Shown here: positions 37,577 to 48,571 of the stretch, piece by piece | Position numbering within the stretch: position 1 is the first letter of the stretch | Layout: the number at the start of each line of letters is the position of its first letter | NCBI GenBank assembly: GCA_964462515.1 | Contig: CAYWXK010000013.1 | Coordinates: forward strand, 4,675-68,674 | DNA: 64,000 nucleotides | Source of the DNA: an uncultured Pirellulales bacterium | GTDB taxonomy: Bacteria; Planctomycetota; Phycisphaerae; Sedimentisphaerales; Anaerobacaceae | Reading direction: 5' to 3' | Translations under genes and position numbers: made by a program | Notes under the pieces: model-generated | What the model was told of the DNA's origin: nothing | The model's database searches: none | What the model saw: only the letters and a program-made list of their open reading frames with translations

Positions 37577-38788
37577 TCAGAAGTGTAGTGACTTCGCCGA
37601 AGCCGGCTTCCGTGTAAATGGATGTATTGCTTCCTTAAGCGATACACCCCTGACCTCGATTTGCTTGATGTCGTGTGTCCCTATACCGGCTTGGGCCAGC
37701 AATTGCAGATAGTTCTCGCCCGGAAACGGTGGCTGTGTATGAGCGGCCATTGGGTTGTGTCCTATTACCGTCGTGCAAACAGCATCGGTGCATACTGCGT
37801 TGCGACCGACAAGTAAAAGCTTGGGCTGAATCGGCTCAACGCCCTCATTCCAAAAACCTTCTCCTCCTCTGACTGTGTCGATGCCGTCAATCACAGCAAG
37901 GTCCACCGGTCTCGCGCACACCACGTCAGCGATAATGCGTGGTAAGCGGTAACGCGAGTCGCGCGGAACCCCTCGGTCAACCTCTTGAGGGACACCGGCA
38001 GATAAAGTGCGCTTGCCGTTATGAAGCTGCTGGACACGGGCCTGAACGCTATCTTCATTGGGGGCATCGTCACCATACAGGGCAGTAGGCAGGACGCCAA
38101 ATAAGTTCTTTGAGGCCATCGTCACACCGGCAGCGGCGTGCTCTTTCAGCTTTGATAAAGAGATAAAAACATCCGTCTTTTCATACCACTGGTTGACGTC
38201 AAATGCAGGGAAAAGGTATCCGCCCCAGGGAACTTTAAGCCGGCTGTATCCTGCCCAGCTTCCGCGATTCTTTGTGTTCTCAAAAATAACCTTGTTGCCC
38301 CCTGCGGACTTGATTGCTGCCAGGTCCCAGCCGGCGTCCGTTAAAACCTGCTCAATCGGCTCGCGGTAATAGAGGGCCTCTACAAGAGCTATCCGTTTTG
38401 CCCCGGCATCGTTAAGTGCGGCGCACAACGCCGCTGCGATGTTCTGATGTATCTGATATGTTCGGCCGGCAGGCAATCCGGCCAACTGCTGAATATTACC
38501 GGTGAGATTCATCTTGACCGTGACTGTCTTGCCGCGGACGAGTTTGTCAATACCGCCTATCAGCTCTATCGCGGCATCGAGCTTGCGACGAACCAAACCC
38601 GGCTCGTATGACTCGCATCGCTGAATGGCCACTGGCACACTGGGGGCGACCTTCGAAAGTTCAGGTAGTGGCGGGATTGTCGGCTTCTGCTCGCTGCCCC
38701 AAACCAGAGAAACTCTGCCGCCTACTAATGCCGCCGCTGTTCCCAGGCCGCGCACCAATATCTGCCGTCGATTCATTTTCACAGACAT
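37577..38788 (-). CDS. DUF362-like protein with Tat signal
   Basis: Twin-arginine motif NRRQILVRGLGTAAALVGG, and a DUF362-like core (PVAIQRCESYEPGLV...KTVTVKMNLTG). The family assignment is from memory. Confidence 0.5.
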   Translation of the reverse strand: MSVKMNRRQILVRGLGTAAALVGGRVSLVWGSEQKPTIPPLPELSKVAPSVPVAIQRCESYEPGLVRRKLDAAIELIGGIDKLVRGKTVTVKMNLTGNIQQLAGLPAGRTYQIHQNIAAALCAALNDAGAKRIALVEALYYREPIEQVLTDAGWDLAAIKSAGGNKVIFENTKNRGSWAGYSRLKVPWGGYLFPAFDVNQWYEKTDVFISLSKLKEHAAAGVTMASKNLFGVLPTALYGDDAPNEDSVQARVQQLHNGKRTLSAGVPQEVDRGVPRDSRYRLPRIIADVVCARPVDLAVIDGIDTVRGGEGFWNEGVEPIQPKLLLVGRNAVCTDAVCTTVIGHNPMAAHTQPPFPGENYLQLLAQAGIGTHDIKQIEVRGVSLKEAIHPFTRKPASAKSLHF

Positions 38789-39235
38789 AACTGTAACCTC
38801 ATTTTTAATCGTTCGTATCTTCTATATCGAAATTCTGTATTCTTTACTCTGCATTTTGTTGTTTGCACGATATATCGAATGCCGGGGTTCTGCAAGCAGT
38901 TTTTTTCTCTTTTTACGCCGAGAACACAAAACTTATTTTCTAAACGACCCTTATGCGAGAAATTCCGGCGGCAAGAATCATCTAAGAATTTCGAAGATTT
39001 GTTTCTAATCCACACCAAATATGAAGCGCCGGCGTAACCGAGGCCACTTTTACACTGGTGTTTCCGGCTAATTTTTTGTTAAAATTATGCTCAAATTTCT
39101 TGTTGTTAGTCTGACGAAATGATAGAATTCTGGCATACGAATCTGACGGTGCAGTAATCCGTCACAAGGAATTTCAGTTGTAGTTATCTATTTGTGCGTC
39201 TTAAAATTGTGGCTTTGTCGATAAGGAGACGATTA

Positions 39236-40558
39236 ATGAGTCAAGCAAAAATGAACCGTTTGAGCAGACGCCAGTTTCTACAAAGCGCCACTGCGGTAGC
39301 AGGTAGTCTGGTGGCTGGACCGGTAATTGTGAAATCAACGGCGTTGGGTCGTGACGGAAGGGTTGCCGCCAGTGAGCGAATTGTGCTGGGTGGTATCGGC
39401 ATCCGCAACCGCGGCATGCACGACCTGCAATGGATGATGCCGGAGCCGGACGTGCAGTTCGTTGCCGTCTGCGATGCCCAGAAAGCCAGCCGAGAGGCCG
39501 TCAAGAAAGCGGTGGACACGCGATATGGTAACAAAGATTGCGCTATGTTCAGTGACATCCGCGTGTTCCTTGCCGAACGCACCGACATTGATGCGGTGCT
39601 GATTGCAACCGGCGACCGCTGGCACGCGCTGGCCTCTATTTTTGCGATGCGGGCAGGCAAAGACGTTTATTCTGAAAAGCCGTCGGCTATGACCATTGCG
39701 GAAGGTCGGGGGGTCGTGGAAACCGCAAGACGCTATCGCCGAATTTACCAAACCGGCACGCAGCGGCTCAGCGAGGGCAACTTTGTCTTCGCCATCGAGC
39801 TTGCCCTCACAGGCCGGCTCGGCAAGGTGCACACTGCCTATGCGCATATTGCTCCCTGGGACGCAGCGGAGATGAGGCACGACTGGCTTCCTGCACAGCC
39901 CGAACCGCCCAAAGAAGTAGTGGACTGGGACCACTGGTTAGGCCCGTGTCCCTGGCGGCCTTACAACGCAGAATACGTCGGCGGAGGCTGGCGCGGCCAC
40001 TACGACTTCCACACCAGTTGCATAGGCGAATGGGGCGCACACACCTTCGCCCAGGCGCAGGCGGGAATCGGCGCTCTGAATACTTCAGCGGTCGAATACC
40101 AATACGTCAACAATCCCACCGGCGATGAAATGGTTACGAGGTTCGCTAACGGCGTCAAAATGATATTGAGTCGAGGCGATAAGTGGTGGCGCGGCTCCTG
40201 CGGTATGCGATTCGATGGCCCCGATGGATGGGTATCAGCGGCAGATGGCTATTCGCAGCCGGATGTTTCGCCGCCTTCACTGATGGCCGAATTCAAGAAG
40301 ATAGTCTCCGACTACATAGCCCGCACAGGCCGACCGATGAGCCACATGCGAGATTTCCTGGATTGTGTCAAGTCGCGCCGACAAACGGTGGCAAATCCGG
40401 AAGTGATGCACCATTCTATGTCAACCGTGCATGCCGCCAATATCTGTATGTGGCTCAAACGTGATATGCGTTACGACCCCGTCAAAGAGGAATTCATTAA
40501 CGACCCGGAGGCCAATCGGATGCGCAGCCGTGCTATGCGTGAGCCTTGGACCATCTAA
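39236..40558 (+). CDS. Gfo/Idh/MocA family oxidoreductase with Tat signal
   Basis: Twin-arginine motif LSRRQFLQSATAVAGS and the GGIGIRNRG Rossmann motif. Start refined to the ATG at 39236 with a TAAGGAG RBS. Paralog of the 1138-2364 product. Confidence 0.8.
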   Translation: MSQAKMNRLSRRQFLQSATAVAGSLVAGPVIVKSTALGRDGRVAASERIVLGGIGIRNRGMHDLQWMMPEPDVQFVAVCDAQKASREAVKKAVDTRYGNKDCAMFSDIRVFLAERTDIDAVLIATGDRWHALASIFAMRAGKDVYSEKPSAMTIAEGRGVVETARRYRRIYQTGTQRLSEGNFVFAIELALTGRLGKVHTAYAHIAPWDAAEMRHDWLPAQPEPPKEVVDWDHWLGPCPWRPYNAEYVGGGWRGHYDFHTSCIGEWGAHTFAQAQAGIGALNTSAVEYQYVNNPTGDEMVTRFANGVKMILSRGDKWWRGSCGMRFDGPDGWVSAADGYSQPDVSPPSLMAEFKKIVSDYIARTGRPMSHMRDFLDCVKSRRQTVANPEVMHHSMSTVHAANICMWLKRDMRYDPVKEEFINDPEANRMRSRAMREPWTI

Positions 40559-40683
40559 TGGGAAATTCAAAAATCAAAAGTCAAAGATTAAAATTGCGGA
40601 ATTGCCGCAGGGCGGCAATAAATTCATCAATTTTGCATTTTACACTTTGATTTTTGCATTGCTCTTGAAAGGAAACAAAGCTA

Positions 40684-42665
40684 TGTCAAAGTCAAAAATA
40701 ATCTTTGCTCTGCTTGTTGCGTTGTTGTTTGCAAGCGCAGTGCAATTGTTCGGACAAACCGTTCCACTCCCCACAAAGGAAAATGTGGACAAGCTGATTG
40801 CCGTGCTCAAGTCTGATGCACCGCAAAAAGAAAAGGTCGATGCCTGCCGACAACTGTCTGTCATCGGCACAAAAGATGCCATCGCACCGCTGGCGGCGCT
40901 GCTCGGTGACGAAAAACTCTCGGATATGGCCCGCTACGCCCTCGAACCCATCCCGGACCCGGCTGTTGACGATGCCTTGCGCGATGCGCTCGGCAGACTC
41001 AAAGGCCGACCGCTGGCCGGTGTAATCACAAGTATTGGCGTGCGGCGAGATGCAAAGGCAGTCGCGGCGTTATCGAAATTACTGCAGGACCAGGATTCAA
41101 TTGTGGTGCAGGCCTCAGGCCGTGCGCTTGGCACAATCGGTAATCAGCCAGCGGCCAAGTCGCTGCGGGGTGCTCTGAAAAATGTTTCCGCCGCTAATCA
41201 GCTCGCAGTGTGTGAAGGCTTATTACGCTGTGCAGAGTCTCTCGCAGCAAAAGGGCAGCGTGATGAGGCCATCGAGATTTATGACCAGCTTCGTGGCCTT
41301 AAGGGAGCAGCCCACCAGGTTCGTGCAGGCGCTCTGCGAGGCGCAATCCTTGTGCGTGGCAATGAAGGCCTGTCTTTGCTTCGGCAGTATTTGAAAAGCG
41401 ATGACTACATTTTGTTCTCCGCAGCCGTCCAGGCCTCTTACGAATTGCCAAGAGATAAGGCAGTAACCGATGTGTTGACCGATGGACTGAGCAAACTGCC
41501 TGCCGACAATCAGATTCTGGTCATCCTGGCACTTGGCAAACGCGGTGATGCGGCGGCGCTGCCGACACTGTTTGCTCTGGCTAAAAGCGGTGAAAAAACC
41601 GTTCGCATCGCTGCTATTCAGGCCCTGCCGGCGATTGGACATAGTTCCGCAGTTCCAGTCCTTGTGGAATTGCTGGCCGATGCCGACCGACAGATTAGCG
41701 ATGCCGCGCAAGAGAACCTCGCTGCATTTTCAGGCAAGGAGGCTGATACTGCCGTGATGGCGATGTTTAATAGCGGTAAAACAGATGAGCGCCTTACTGC
41801 GCTCGAAATAATCGGGCGTAGGCGGATGACGACAAGTGTTCCTTTGCTGTTGAAAGCCGCCGGCGACGCCGACCCAAAAGTTCGTTCTGCCGCAATAAAG
41901 AAAGTTGGTGAGCTGGGCGGCCCAGCCGAGCTGCCGGCGCTGCTCAAACTGCTTATGGATTTGAAAGAGTCGCAAGATATAAACGCCGCTGAACAGGCCT
42001 TGCTCGATGTTTGCAACAAAGCTGATAATCCGCAATCTTACAACGAGAAGTTTATCGGCCTGCTATCGCAAGCCCAGCCCGCACAAAAGAGCTCCCTGTT
42101 GCGTGTTCTCGGTGCTATCGGTGGAGCGAACGCCCTGAAGGCCGTGCGCGAGGCAGTCAATGACTCTGATGCGCAGGTCCATACCGCCGCAATCCGTGCA
42201 CTGAGCGGCTGGAAAACCATAGATGCGGCGCCCGAGTTGCTTGCGCTTGCCAGGAGCGCCGGCAATCCAAATGACAAAACGATTTGCCTGCGTGGCTACA
42301 TAGGATTGGCCGCTCGTTCTGAGATACCTGCCGACCAGCGATTGTCGATGTGCCGGGAGGCCGCCGGCCTTATTGAGCGAAGTGAGGAAAAGAAGCTGCT
42401 GTTAGGCGCTCTGGGCAGTATCAATTTACCGGGTTCACTTGAATTGATTGTGCCGTATATAAACGACCCGGCTACGCAGGAAGAGGCCGGCCTGGCATAC
42501 ATAGCGGTTGCCGATAGGCTTCTCGAAACGCCTGATGCCTCGAAGCTCGCACCAAAAATGCTTGAAACGCTTGAAAAATTGGCACAGGTTACAACTAACT
42601 CCACCCTTGTCCGGCGTGCTAAAGCGTCGTTGAGGCAGGCGAAAGATAAGGCCGGCAACAAATAA
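40684..42665 (+). CDS. secreted HEAT-repeat protein
   Basis: Signal peptide MSKSKIIFALLVALLFASAVQLFGQ. About 15 HEAT/PBS-lyase-like repeats (..D.A..VR.AA..ALG.IG...A...L..LL.D....VR..A..AL..). Start refined to the ATG at 40684. Confidence 0.7.
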
Positions 42666-42737
42666 GATACCGCATTTACAGTAAGAGATTTACAATAATA
42701 ATAAAGGTTCTTAAATTTGTCAGATGACCTGATGATT

Positions 42738-42977
42738 TCAAGATTTCTTTTGGGTGTTCTGTTGCTCTTTTTGTAAATGCTCGGCGATTCGTTTTAGCTG
42801 CTGGTTTATGTCTTCGTTCTGCCGCAGCAATTTTTCAAGCAGCGTAGATATTGCTCTTGACCCGAGGATGCTCTGGGCGAAGACCAAAAAGAACATCATT
42901 GCCAATGCTCCCCCAATAGCAATAAAGCTTACAGCCCATAAAATCTTTTGCACAAGCTCGTTCAAATTCTGGTCCAT
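42738..42977 (-). CDS. small membrane protein (hypothetical)
   Basis: 79 aa with one TM helix and a charged coiled C-terminus. Weak support. Confidence 0.3.
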   Translation of the reverse strand: MDQNLNELVQKILWAVSFIAIGGALAMMFFLVFAQSILGSRAISTLLEKLLRQNEDINQQLKRIAEHLQKEQQNTQKKS

Positions 42978-43309
42978 CGCCTCGGCCTTTTATTATGAAA
43001 ATGCAAACGACTGTTCCCTTATAATTACCTTGGCTTATAATAACCACGACGCCAGCCATAGTCAAACCAAAATCTGCTCCCGACTGTCCAGGATTTCAGG
43101 CCACTTTCTACCGACTTTAGAGGAATTTGTAACGAAATCGCCTATCAAAAAACCAAAGTTTTGCCCGGCGGCGGTTGACAAAGATGAAAGAAACGGATAT
43201 ACTTACATTATAAGCGGAATTCTAAGAAGTGTTCTTCGCCGGCAAGAAGCCGGTTGGTATTTTTTTGTAATTTAATAATTTGGAATTAGATGGAGTAGGA
43301 GAAATAAAA

Positions 43310-45271
43310 ATGAGAGGGCATTTCAGCATTACTTACTGTTTGGTGGCATTCGCCTTTCTATTGGTGATGGATAATATCGGCTTTGCGGAGCGGATTATAT
43401 ACGTCGATGTTAACGCCACAGGAGCAAACAACGGCACAAGCTGGACCGATGCCTACAACTACCTCCAGGATGCCTTATCTGATGCAAATTCTGCCGCCAA
43501 GCCGGTTGAAATCTGTGTTGCCCAAGGCATTTATAGACCAGATAGGAGCTTGGCTGAGCCAAATGGCACCGGCGACCGGGATGCTACATTTCAGCTTATA
43601 AACGGTGTTACTCTCAAAGGCGGCCATGCCGGCACAGGTCAACCAGACCCTAATGCCAGAGACATTGAGGCATACAAAACTATTCTCAGTGGTGATTTGG
43701 CTGCCAATGACATTCCGAATAAGCCATATTACAGAGATAAAAACACAGAGGAAAACAGCTACCATGTGGTAACAGGTAGTGGGACAGATGCGACCGCTAT
43801 TCTCGATGGTCTGACGATTACTGCCGGTAACGCTGACGCCTCCTATTCAAGTTCAAATCCAAAGAGTCTCGGCGGCGGTATGTACAATGACTCTGGTAGC
43901 CCGACAGTGACGAACTGCATATTCAGTAAAAATGTGGCTGCTTATGGCGGCGGCTGTGTATATAACTACTACGGCAATCCGAGCTTCGCAAACTGCGTGT
44001 TCAACGGGGGCATCGCTTTTTACGGCGGGGGTGGGATGCACAACGAACATAGCAACCCAACGCTGACCAACTGCACGTTTAGCGAGAACGTAATAATTCC
44101 CACCCTGATGGCCATAGGTGGCGGTGGGGTGTACAACTATTACAGCAACCCTATACTGACCGGCTGCACGTTCATTAAGAACTGGAGCGCCAGTAACGGC
44201 GCCGGCATGCTCAACTGGTACAGCAGTGTGACACTAATGCGCTGTACTTTTACCGAGAATTTGGGGAGGGGAATTTATAACCGCAATAGCAGCAGTGCAA
44301 AGCTAACCGACTGCACGTTCAACAAAAACTCAGGCGGCGGAATATGCAATGAGAATGGTACCCTGACGCTCAGCAATTGTATCTTCAGCGAGAACTCAGC
44401 AACGGCAGGAGGCGGTATTTATAATATGTATATGTATAACATGAGCAACAACATAACATTGATTAACTGTAGTTTTAGCGGCAACTTGGCTGGCGATGGT
44501 GGCGGAATATACGGAGGTAGCTCGAAGATTGTCAACTGCACATTCAGCGGAAACTTGGCAGAACGTTCAGGTGGTGGGATGTACACCATAGGTGAGCCAA
44601 CGGTTACCAATTGCATATTCAGTGGAAACTCGGCAGTGGACTACGGTGGTGGAATCTATTGTCAACCATTGCGCCTAACACTGACTAACTGCATGTTTGC
44701 TGGAAATTTGGCAAAAAATGGTAAGGCCATGACATGTGAAGGGGGGATTCCGGTCGGTGTCGTGATGCAGGGAATCAACTGTATTCTCTGGGATGGCGGT
44801 GATGAAATATTCAAGAAATTTAATTCAAAGGTTGATATTACATACAGTGACATACAGGGCGGCTGGCCAGACGAAGGGAACATTGACAAAGACCCATGCT
44901 TTGCCGAGCCAGGTTATTGGGACCCAAATGGAACGCCTCAAGACCTAAATGATGACTTCTGGGTCGATGGTGATTATCACTTGAAATCCCAGGCAGGCAG
45001 ATGGGACGCAAACGAAGGACGATGGACGAAGGATGAAGTGACAAGTCCCTGCATTGATGCGGGTGACCCAAAAAATCCTATTGGCTATGAGCCATTCCCT
45101 AACGGCGGAATCATCAATATGGGCGCCTATGGCGGAACTTCTGAAGCGAGTAAATCATACTTCGGCGAGCCGGTCTGCGAAACCATTGTCGCCGGCGACA
45201 TAAACGGCGACTGCATCGTCAATCTTATAGACTTCGCTCTTATGGCGTTGCATTGGATGGAGGAAAAATAG
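43310..45271 (+). CDS. secreted right-handed beta-helix repeat protein (paralog family) with C-terminal dockerin-like repeat
   Basis: Signal peptide. About 18 tandem units (TNC.F..N.A..GGG.YN..S.P.LTNC). C-terminal module GDYHLKSQAGRWDANEGRWTKDEVTSPCIDAGDP...GDINGDCIVNLIDFALMALHW is about 85% identical to the C-terminus of the 55515-56870 product. Confidence 0.8.
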   Translation: MRGHFSITYCLVAFAFLLVMDNIGFAERIIYVDVNATGANNGTSWTDAYNYLQDALSDANSAAKPVEICVAQGIYRPDRSLAEPNGTGDRDATFQLINGVTLKGGHAGTGQPDPNARDIEAYKTILSGDLAANDIPNKPYYRDKNTEENSYHVVTGSGTDATAILDGLTITAGNADASYSSSNPKSLGGGMYNDSGSPTVTNCIFSKNVAAYGGGCVYNYYGNPSFANCVFNGGIAFYGGGGMHNEHSNPTLTNCTFSENVIIPTLMAIGGGGVYNYYSNPILTGCTFIKNWSASNGAGMLNWYSSVTLMRCTFTENLGRGIYNRNSSSAKLTDCTFNKNSGGGICNENGTLTLSNCIFSENSATAGGGIYNMYMYNMSNNITLINCSFSGNLAGDGGGIYGGSSKIVNCTFSGNLAERSGGGMYTIGEPTVTNCIFSGNSAVDYGGGIYCQPLRLTLTNCMFAGNLAKNGKAMTCEGGIPVGVVMQGINCILWDGGDEIFKKFNSKVDITYSDIQGGWPDEGNIDKDPCFAEPGYWDPNGTPQDLNDDFWVDGDYHLKSQAGRWDANEGRWTKDEVTSPCIDAGDPKNPIGYEPFPNGGIINMGAYGGTSEASKSYFGEPVCETIVAGDINGDCIVNLIDFALMALHWMEEK

Positions 45272-45411
45272 AGAGGGAACTTAAAGCCGAGTTGGCTGCG
45301 ATTAAAAACAAACTTGGGATACAATAAAAAGGAGTGATGAAACAGAATCGGCACAGCAACCAAACCCGCTGTAAAAAGGTGGGCTAAATACAGGCCTCTT
45401 ATTCTGTTTTT

Positions 45412-45464
45412 GGTGGCACGGCCATCTTGGCCGTGTTTATTCTTCACGGGCTGGAAGCCCGTGC
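45412..45464. terminator. two adjacent GC-rich hairpins between convergent genes
   Basis: Hairpins cacggccatcttggccgtg and cacgggctggaagcccgtg. The second hairpin recurs inverted at 48356-48377. Confidence 0.45.
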
Positions 45465-46618
45465 CACGCATCGTATGAGGAGGCTGATTGTTTGGCGATG
45501 TTAAGCAGGACGCCGACCGCAGCAGATGATAGCAGCATACTTGTGCCGCCTGCGCTTACGAAAGGAAGTGGGATGCCTTTTGTGGGCAGGACTACCGTAA
45601 CTACGCCGATATTTATTGCCGCCTGGAGTGCTATCGTCAGGACGATTCCACCGGCTAAAAGCCGGCCAAACCGGTCTTTACAGCGCACAATTATTAAAAT
45701 ACCCAGCCAGACAAAAGCAATAAATAGTCCTATGACGACTGCATTTCCGACAAAGCCGAGCTCTTCGCCGATGATGGCGAAGATAAAGTCCGTAGTGTCC
45801 TCAGGCAGATGGCCATATTTGCAGATACCTCTGCCGAGTCCTTTGCCGAACAGTCCGCCGGAGCCGAGAGCAACAAGCGATTGGGTTGCCTGATAAGCGG
45901 CTGAATCGGACAATTTGTCGGGCTGCAAAAAGGCGGTGATGCGCTGCATTCGGCTCGGTGAGCGGATAAGTGCCATCAAAAAGGCAGCCGCTCCAAACGG
46001 CATCGGGGTCAGGATGTGCCACAACTTGGCGCCGCCGATAATTAACATCACAAAAGCAAGAAGAGCTATAAATGCCGCTGTGCCGAAGTCTTCAATTATT
46101 ACCAACCCTACGACTAACGCAACCACAGAGCATATCGGGACAAACCTTTTCCAGAATGATTTGAGCTCATCGGCGAATTTATCACAAACGCCTGCCAAAA
46201 AGAATACAAGAATCCATTTTGCCAGCTCAGAGGGCTGAAAGCTTACGGTTATGGGACCGGCAGGAATTCTAAGCCAGCGGCGGGCGCGGTTTATCTCCGT
46301 GCCGAACTGCGGGAGCAAAACGAGTATAAGCAGGGCGATGCTAAGGACTAAAAGGTAAGTAGTAGGCGACCTGAGGAACCCGTATGTCAGTCTGAACCTC
46401 TGGTAGTTGAAACAGGAGGCGGCGAACATAATTAAACAGGCCAGCGGGAAAAACAATATCTGTCGCAAACTGGCGTAGTTGTAGAATTTCTGTAAGTTGA
46501 TTTCCTGCGTGATGTTGGCGCTGGCTGAGAAGACAAAAACTGTGCCGATAGCCATTAGAGAAACAGCAACAAACGCAAGAGAATTGCCGAGGTTATTGTC
46601 TTTTGTCGTAATGGTCAT
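45437..46618 (-). CDS. ftsW: FtsW/RodA/SpoVE (SEDS) family peptidoglycan glycosyltransferase
   Basis: Ten TM helices and SEDS conserved segments (..LGSGGLFGKGLG.., ..DFIFAIIGEELGFVG..). Whether it is RodA or FtsW is uncertain. Confidence 0.8.
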   Translation of the reverse strand: MTITTKDNNLGNSLAFVAVSLMAIGTVFVFSASANITQEINLQKFYNYASLRQILFFPLACLIMFAASCFNYQRFRLTYGFLRSPTTYLLVLSIALLILVLLPQFGTEINRARRWLRIPAGPITVSFQPSELAKWILVFFLAGVCDKFADELKSFWKRFVPICSVVALVVGLVIIEDFGTAAFIALLAFVMLIIGGAKLWHILTPMPFGAAAFLMALIRSPSRMQRITAFLQPDKLSDSAAYQATQSLVALGSGGLFGKGLGRGICKYGHLPEDTTDFIFAIIGEELGFVGNAVVIGLFIAFVWLGILIIVRCKDRFGRLLAGGIVLTIALQAAINIGVVTVVLPTKGIPLPFVSAGGTSMLLSSAAVGVLLNIAKQSASSYDAWHGLPAREE

Positions 46619-46760
46619 TACACCGTGCTATACAAAAACATTTTCATTCAAGAATAAACACTCTGTCTTTATATTTCGGTTTTCAGGGGCAAAATTCCGC
46701 AAGAAATTATTTCATAATAAACTGGGAAAAAGAAGGACTTATAAGCACACAGATTAGTAT

Positions 46761-48050
46761 CTATTTGAGCGGATTAAGCACTCGGCCGATAAACAGGATG
46801 CTGCCGGAATGGTTATCGCGAATCACAAACACAAAGGGATGGTCTGCTCTAAAGACCGGCGTCTGTGTTGGGCCAGCCGATGTTGTTTTCATTATTACCC
46901 CTGTTGCCGCTGCTGCCTCAGTGCCTTCCTCGCTTACATCGACATAAGCCTTGTGGATAACTGCTGAGATAAAAAGGTCTTTTTTGCCATTGATACCGGA
47001 AAAATCTGCCACGTCCGGTATGAAGGCATCTGTCATACCCATCGACTTGAGAACGTCGGCTAAACTAAACTGGCTGGTCATTTTGAACTTTGGAATCGAA
47101 ACGATAACCTCACATCTGCGAGGTTTAGCCAACCACCTGGAGAGGTTCTCCAGCGTAAGTGTTTTCTCAAAGGCGGCAAGACCATCGAATTTCTTAGGCA
47201 GCAATATAATCATTGAAAGCTCGTTATCAACATAAGGCAACTCAAGTTCTTGAAAGTCCTCGGTCTGCGTATAGTTGAAATCTGCTGTCTGGTTCATCAT
47301 TGGAACATCAATCTTGCTGCCAGTCTGCAGTGTAAATGGGGCCTGCTTCGTATTTTTTTCTTTGAATTGTCTTGCCCACTTGCCCTTAAAGTAAATAGCG
47401 TTGGTTAAAACCAGTCTGGTCATCGAATCCAGAACGCCCCTGGCAATCAGGTCCTTGATTTTATTGTTGGTCTTTTCCTCCACCCAGGCATTGATAGTCT
47501 GGCGTGCCATTTCGGTAGTGGTTACAAAATCAACTTCGTTGAGGCGCCCATCATAATCGGTTTTGATAAGATTCAAAAACTCTTCGAGAAATCCGTAACC
47601 TTTTTGGCCCCACAAAGCATTAGCAACGGCAAGCTCATACTTACCCTTTTTGCCTCTGGCGTTGAGGTCTTTTATGACTTTCCCGAATGCCGAGGAAAAT
47701 TGCTCATATTTCCAGGGTGCTCTTGTTTTTTCCTGTTTCTTAGCTGCCTGCATATCTATTGGAACCGTATAGGTGGGAAAACGCAGGACCTCAGCCATTT
47801 GGGAACCAGTTTGGCCTTGCGCACCGGCGTAAGCCATTGCCAGGGCCGTCGAGATGCTGTAGGGCGAAAAAAACAGGTTTTCTCCCTTGTCTCTCAGCCT
47901 TGCATACAGCTCAAGAGCGAATTTGCTGTTTCCCTGCACGATGGTTTTTCTTTCTTCATTTTCATTTAGGGTTTGGCCATCGCTGCCCAGGCAACAAGCT
48001 GCGATTACAATCACTGCTGTTGCGACTAATACAGATTTAATCGTTTTCAT
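46761..48050 (-). CDS. serpin (serine protease inhibitor) family protein, secreted
   Basis: Signal/lipoprotein-like N-terminus. Serpin core (FFSPYSISTALAMAYAGAQGQT). Hinge and reactive-centre loop GTEAAAATGVIMKTTSAG, then the serpin C-terminal signature FRADHPFVFVIRD...ILFIGRV. Confidence 0.85.
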   Translation of the reverse strand: MKTIKSVLVATAVIVIAACCLGSDGQTLNENEERKTIVQGNSKFALELYARLRDKGENLFFSPYSISTALAMAYAGAQGQTGSQMAEVLRFPTYTVPIDMQAAKKQEKTRAPWKYEQFSSAFGKVIKDLNARGKKGKYELAVANALWGQKGYGFLEEFLNLIKTDYDGRLNEVDFVTTTEMARQTINAWVEEKTNNKIKDLIARGVLDSMTRLVLTNAIYFKGKWARQFKEKNTKQAPFTLQTGSKIDVPMMNQTADFNYTQTEDFQELELPYVDNELSMIILLPKKFDGLAAFEKTLTLENLSRWLAKPRRCEVIVSIPKFKMTSQFSLADVLKSMGMTDAFIPDVADFSGINGKKDLFISAVIHKAYVDVSEEGTEAAAATGVIMKTTSAGPTQTPVFRADHPFVFVIRDNHSGSILFIGRVLNPLK

Positions 48051-48189
48051 ATTAGTGCCCTCTTATAGTTTCCTATCTGCCATTTATGCCTTTAACTGTC
48101 GGTCTATTAAGCTAATTATATGCTGCACCGTAGGAAAATAAACGGTTGGGCTGAAAATATTTGCCCAAATAGTGCCCCACCAACTCTCC

Positions 48190-48430
48190 TCAATGTCATT
48201 CCCGCACAGCCTGCCCTGAGCGAAGTCGAAGGGTCGTTAGCGGGAATCCATTTTTGTAGGGTGTGCTCAGCACACCATTTTCCTTATCGTTTAGCCCCGT
48301 TGCTTGCGACGGGGTGCGATTCATCTTTGTAGGTAGATTATTTTCACACGATGTAGCACGGGCTTCCAGCCCGTGCAAACACGGCCAAGCCTGTCCTGAG
48401 CGTAGTCGAAGGGATGGCCGTGTTACTTTC
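48190..48430. repeat. cluster of nested hairpin repeats including two copies of 'cctgagcgNagtcgaaggg'
   Basis: Outer inverted repeat cattcccgc...gcgggaatc (48197-48248) encloses ccctgagcgaagtcgaaggg. Hairpin ccccgttgcttgcgacgggg (48296-48314). Hairpin gcacgggcttccagcccgtgc (48356-48377). Inverted repeat acacggcca...tggccgtgt (48379-48424) encloses cctgagcgtagtcgaaggg. A third cctgagcgcagtcgaaggg copy lies at 52193-52211. Confidence 0.7.
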
Positions 48431-48571
48431 TTTACCTATAAACGTGAAGCACACCCTCTTGCGACGGGGGCTTTTATTTCCCTTGTAATCGTCCTAACCT
48501 TCGGTATAATGCTTTCTTACAATAACATTATTGGCGATTCCTCTTTGCTTTGAATAAAACAAAGGTGCGAT

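Noticed and set aside
48120-48553. ORFs of 70, 60 and 96 aa in the repeat cluster left of the MTase remnant
   Set aside because: They are entirely composed of the nested hairpin repeats and read through palindromes in both strands, so they are not protein-coding.
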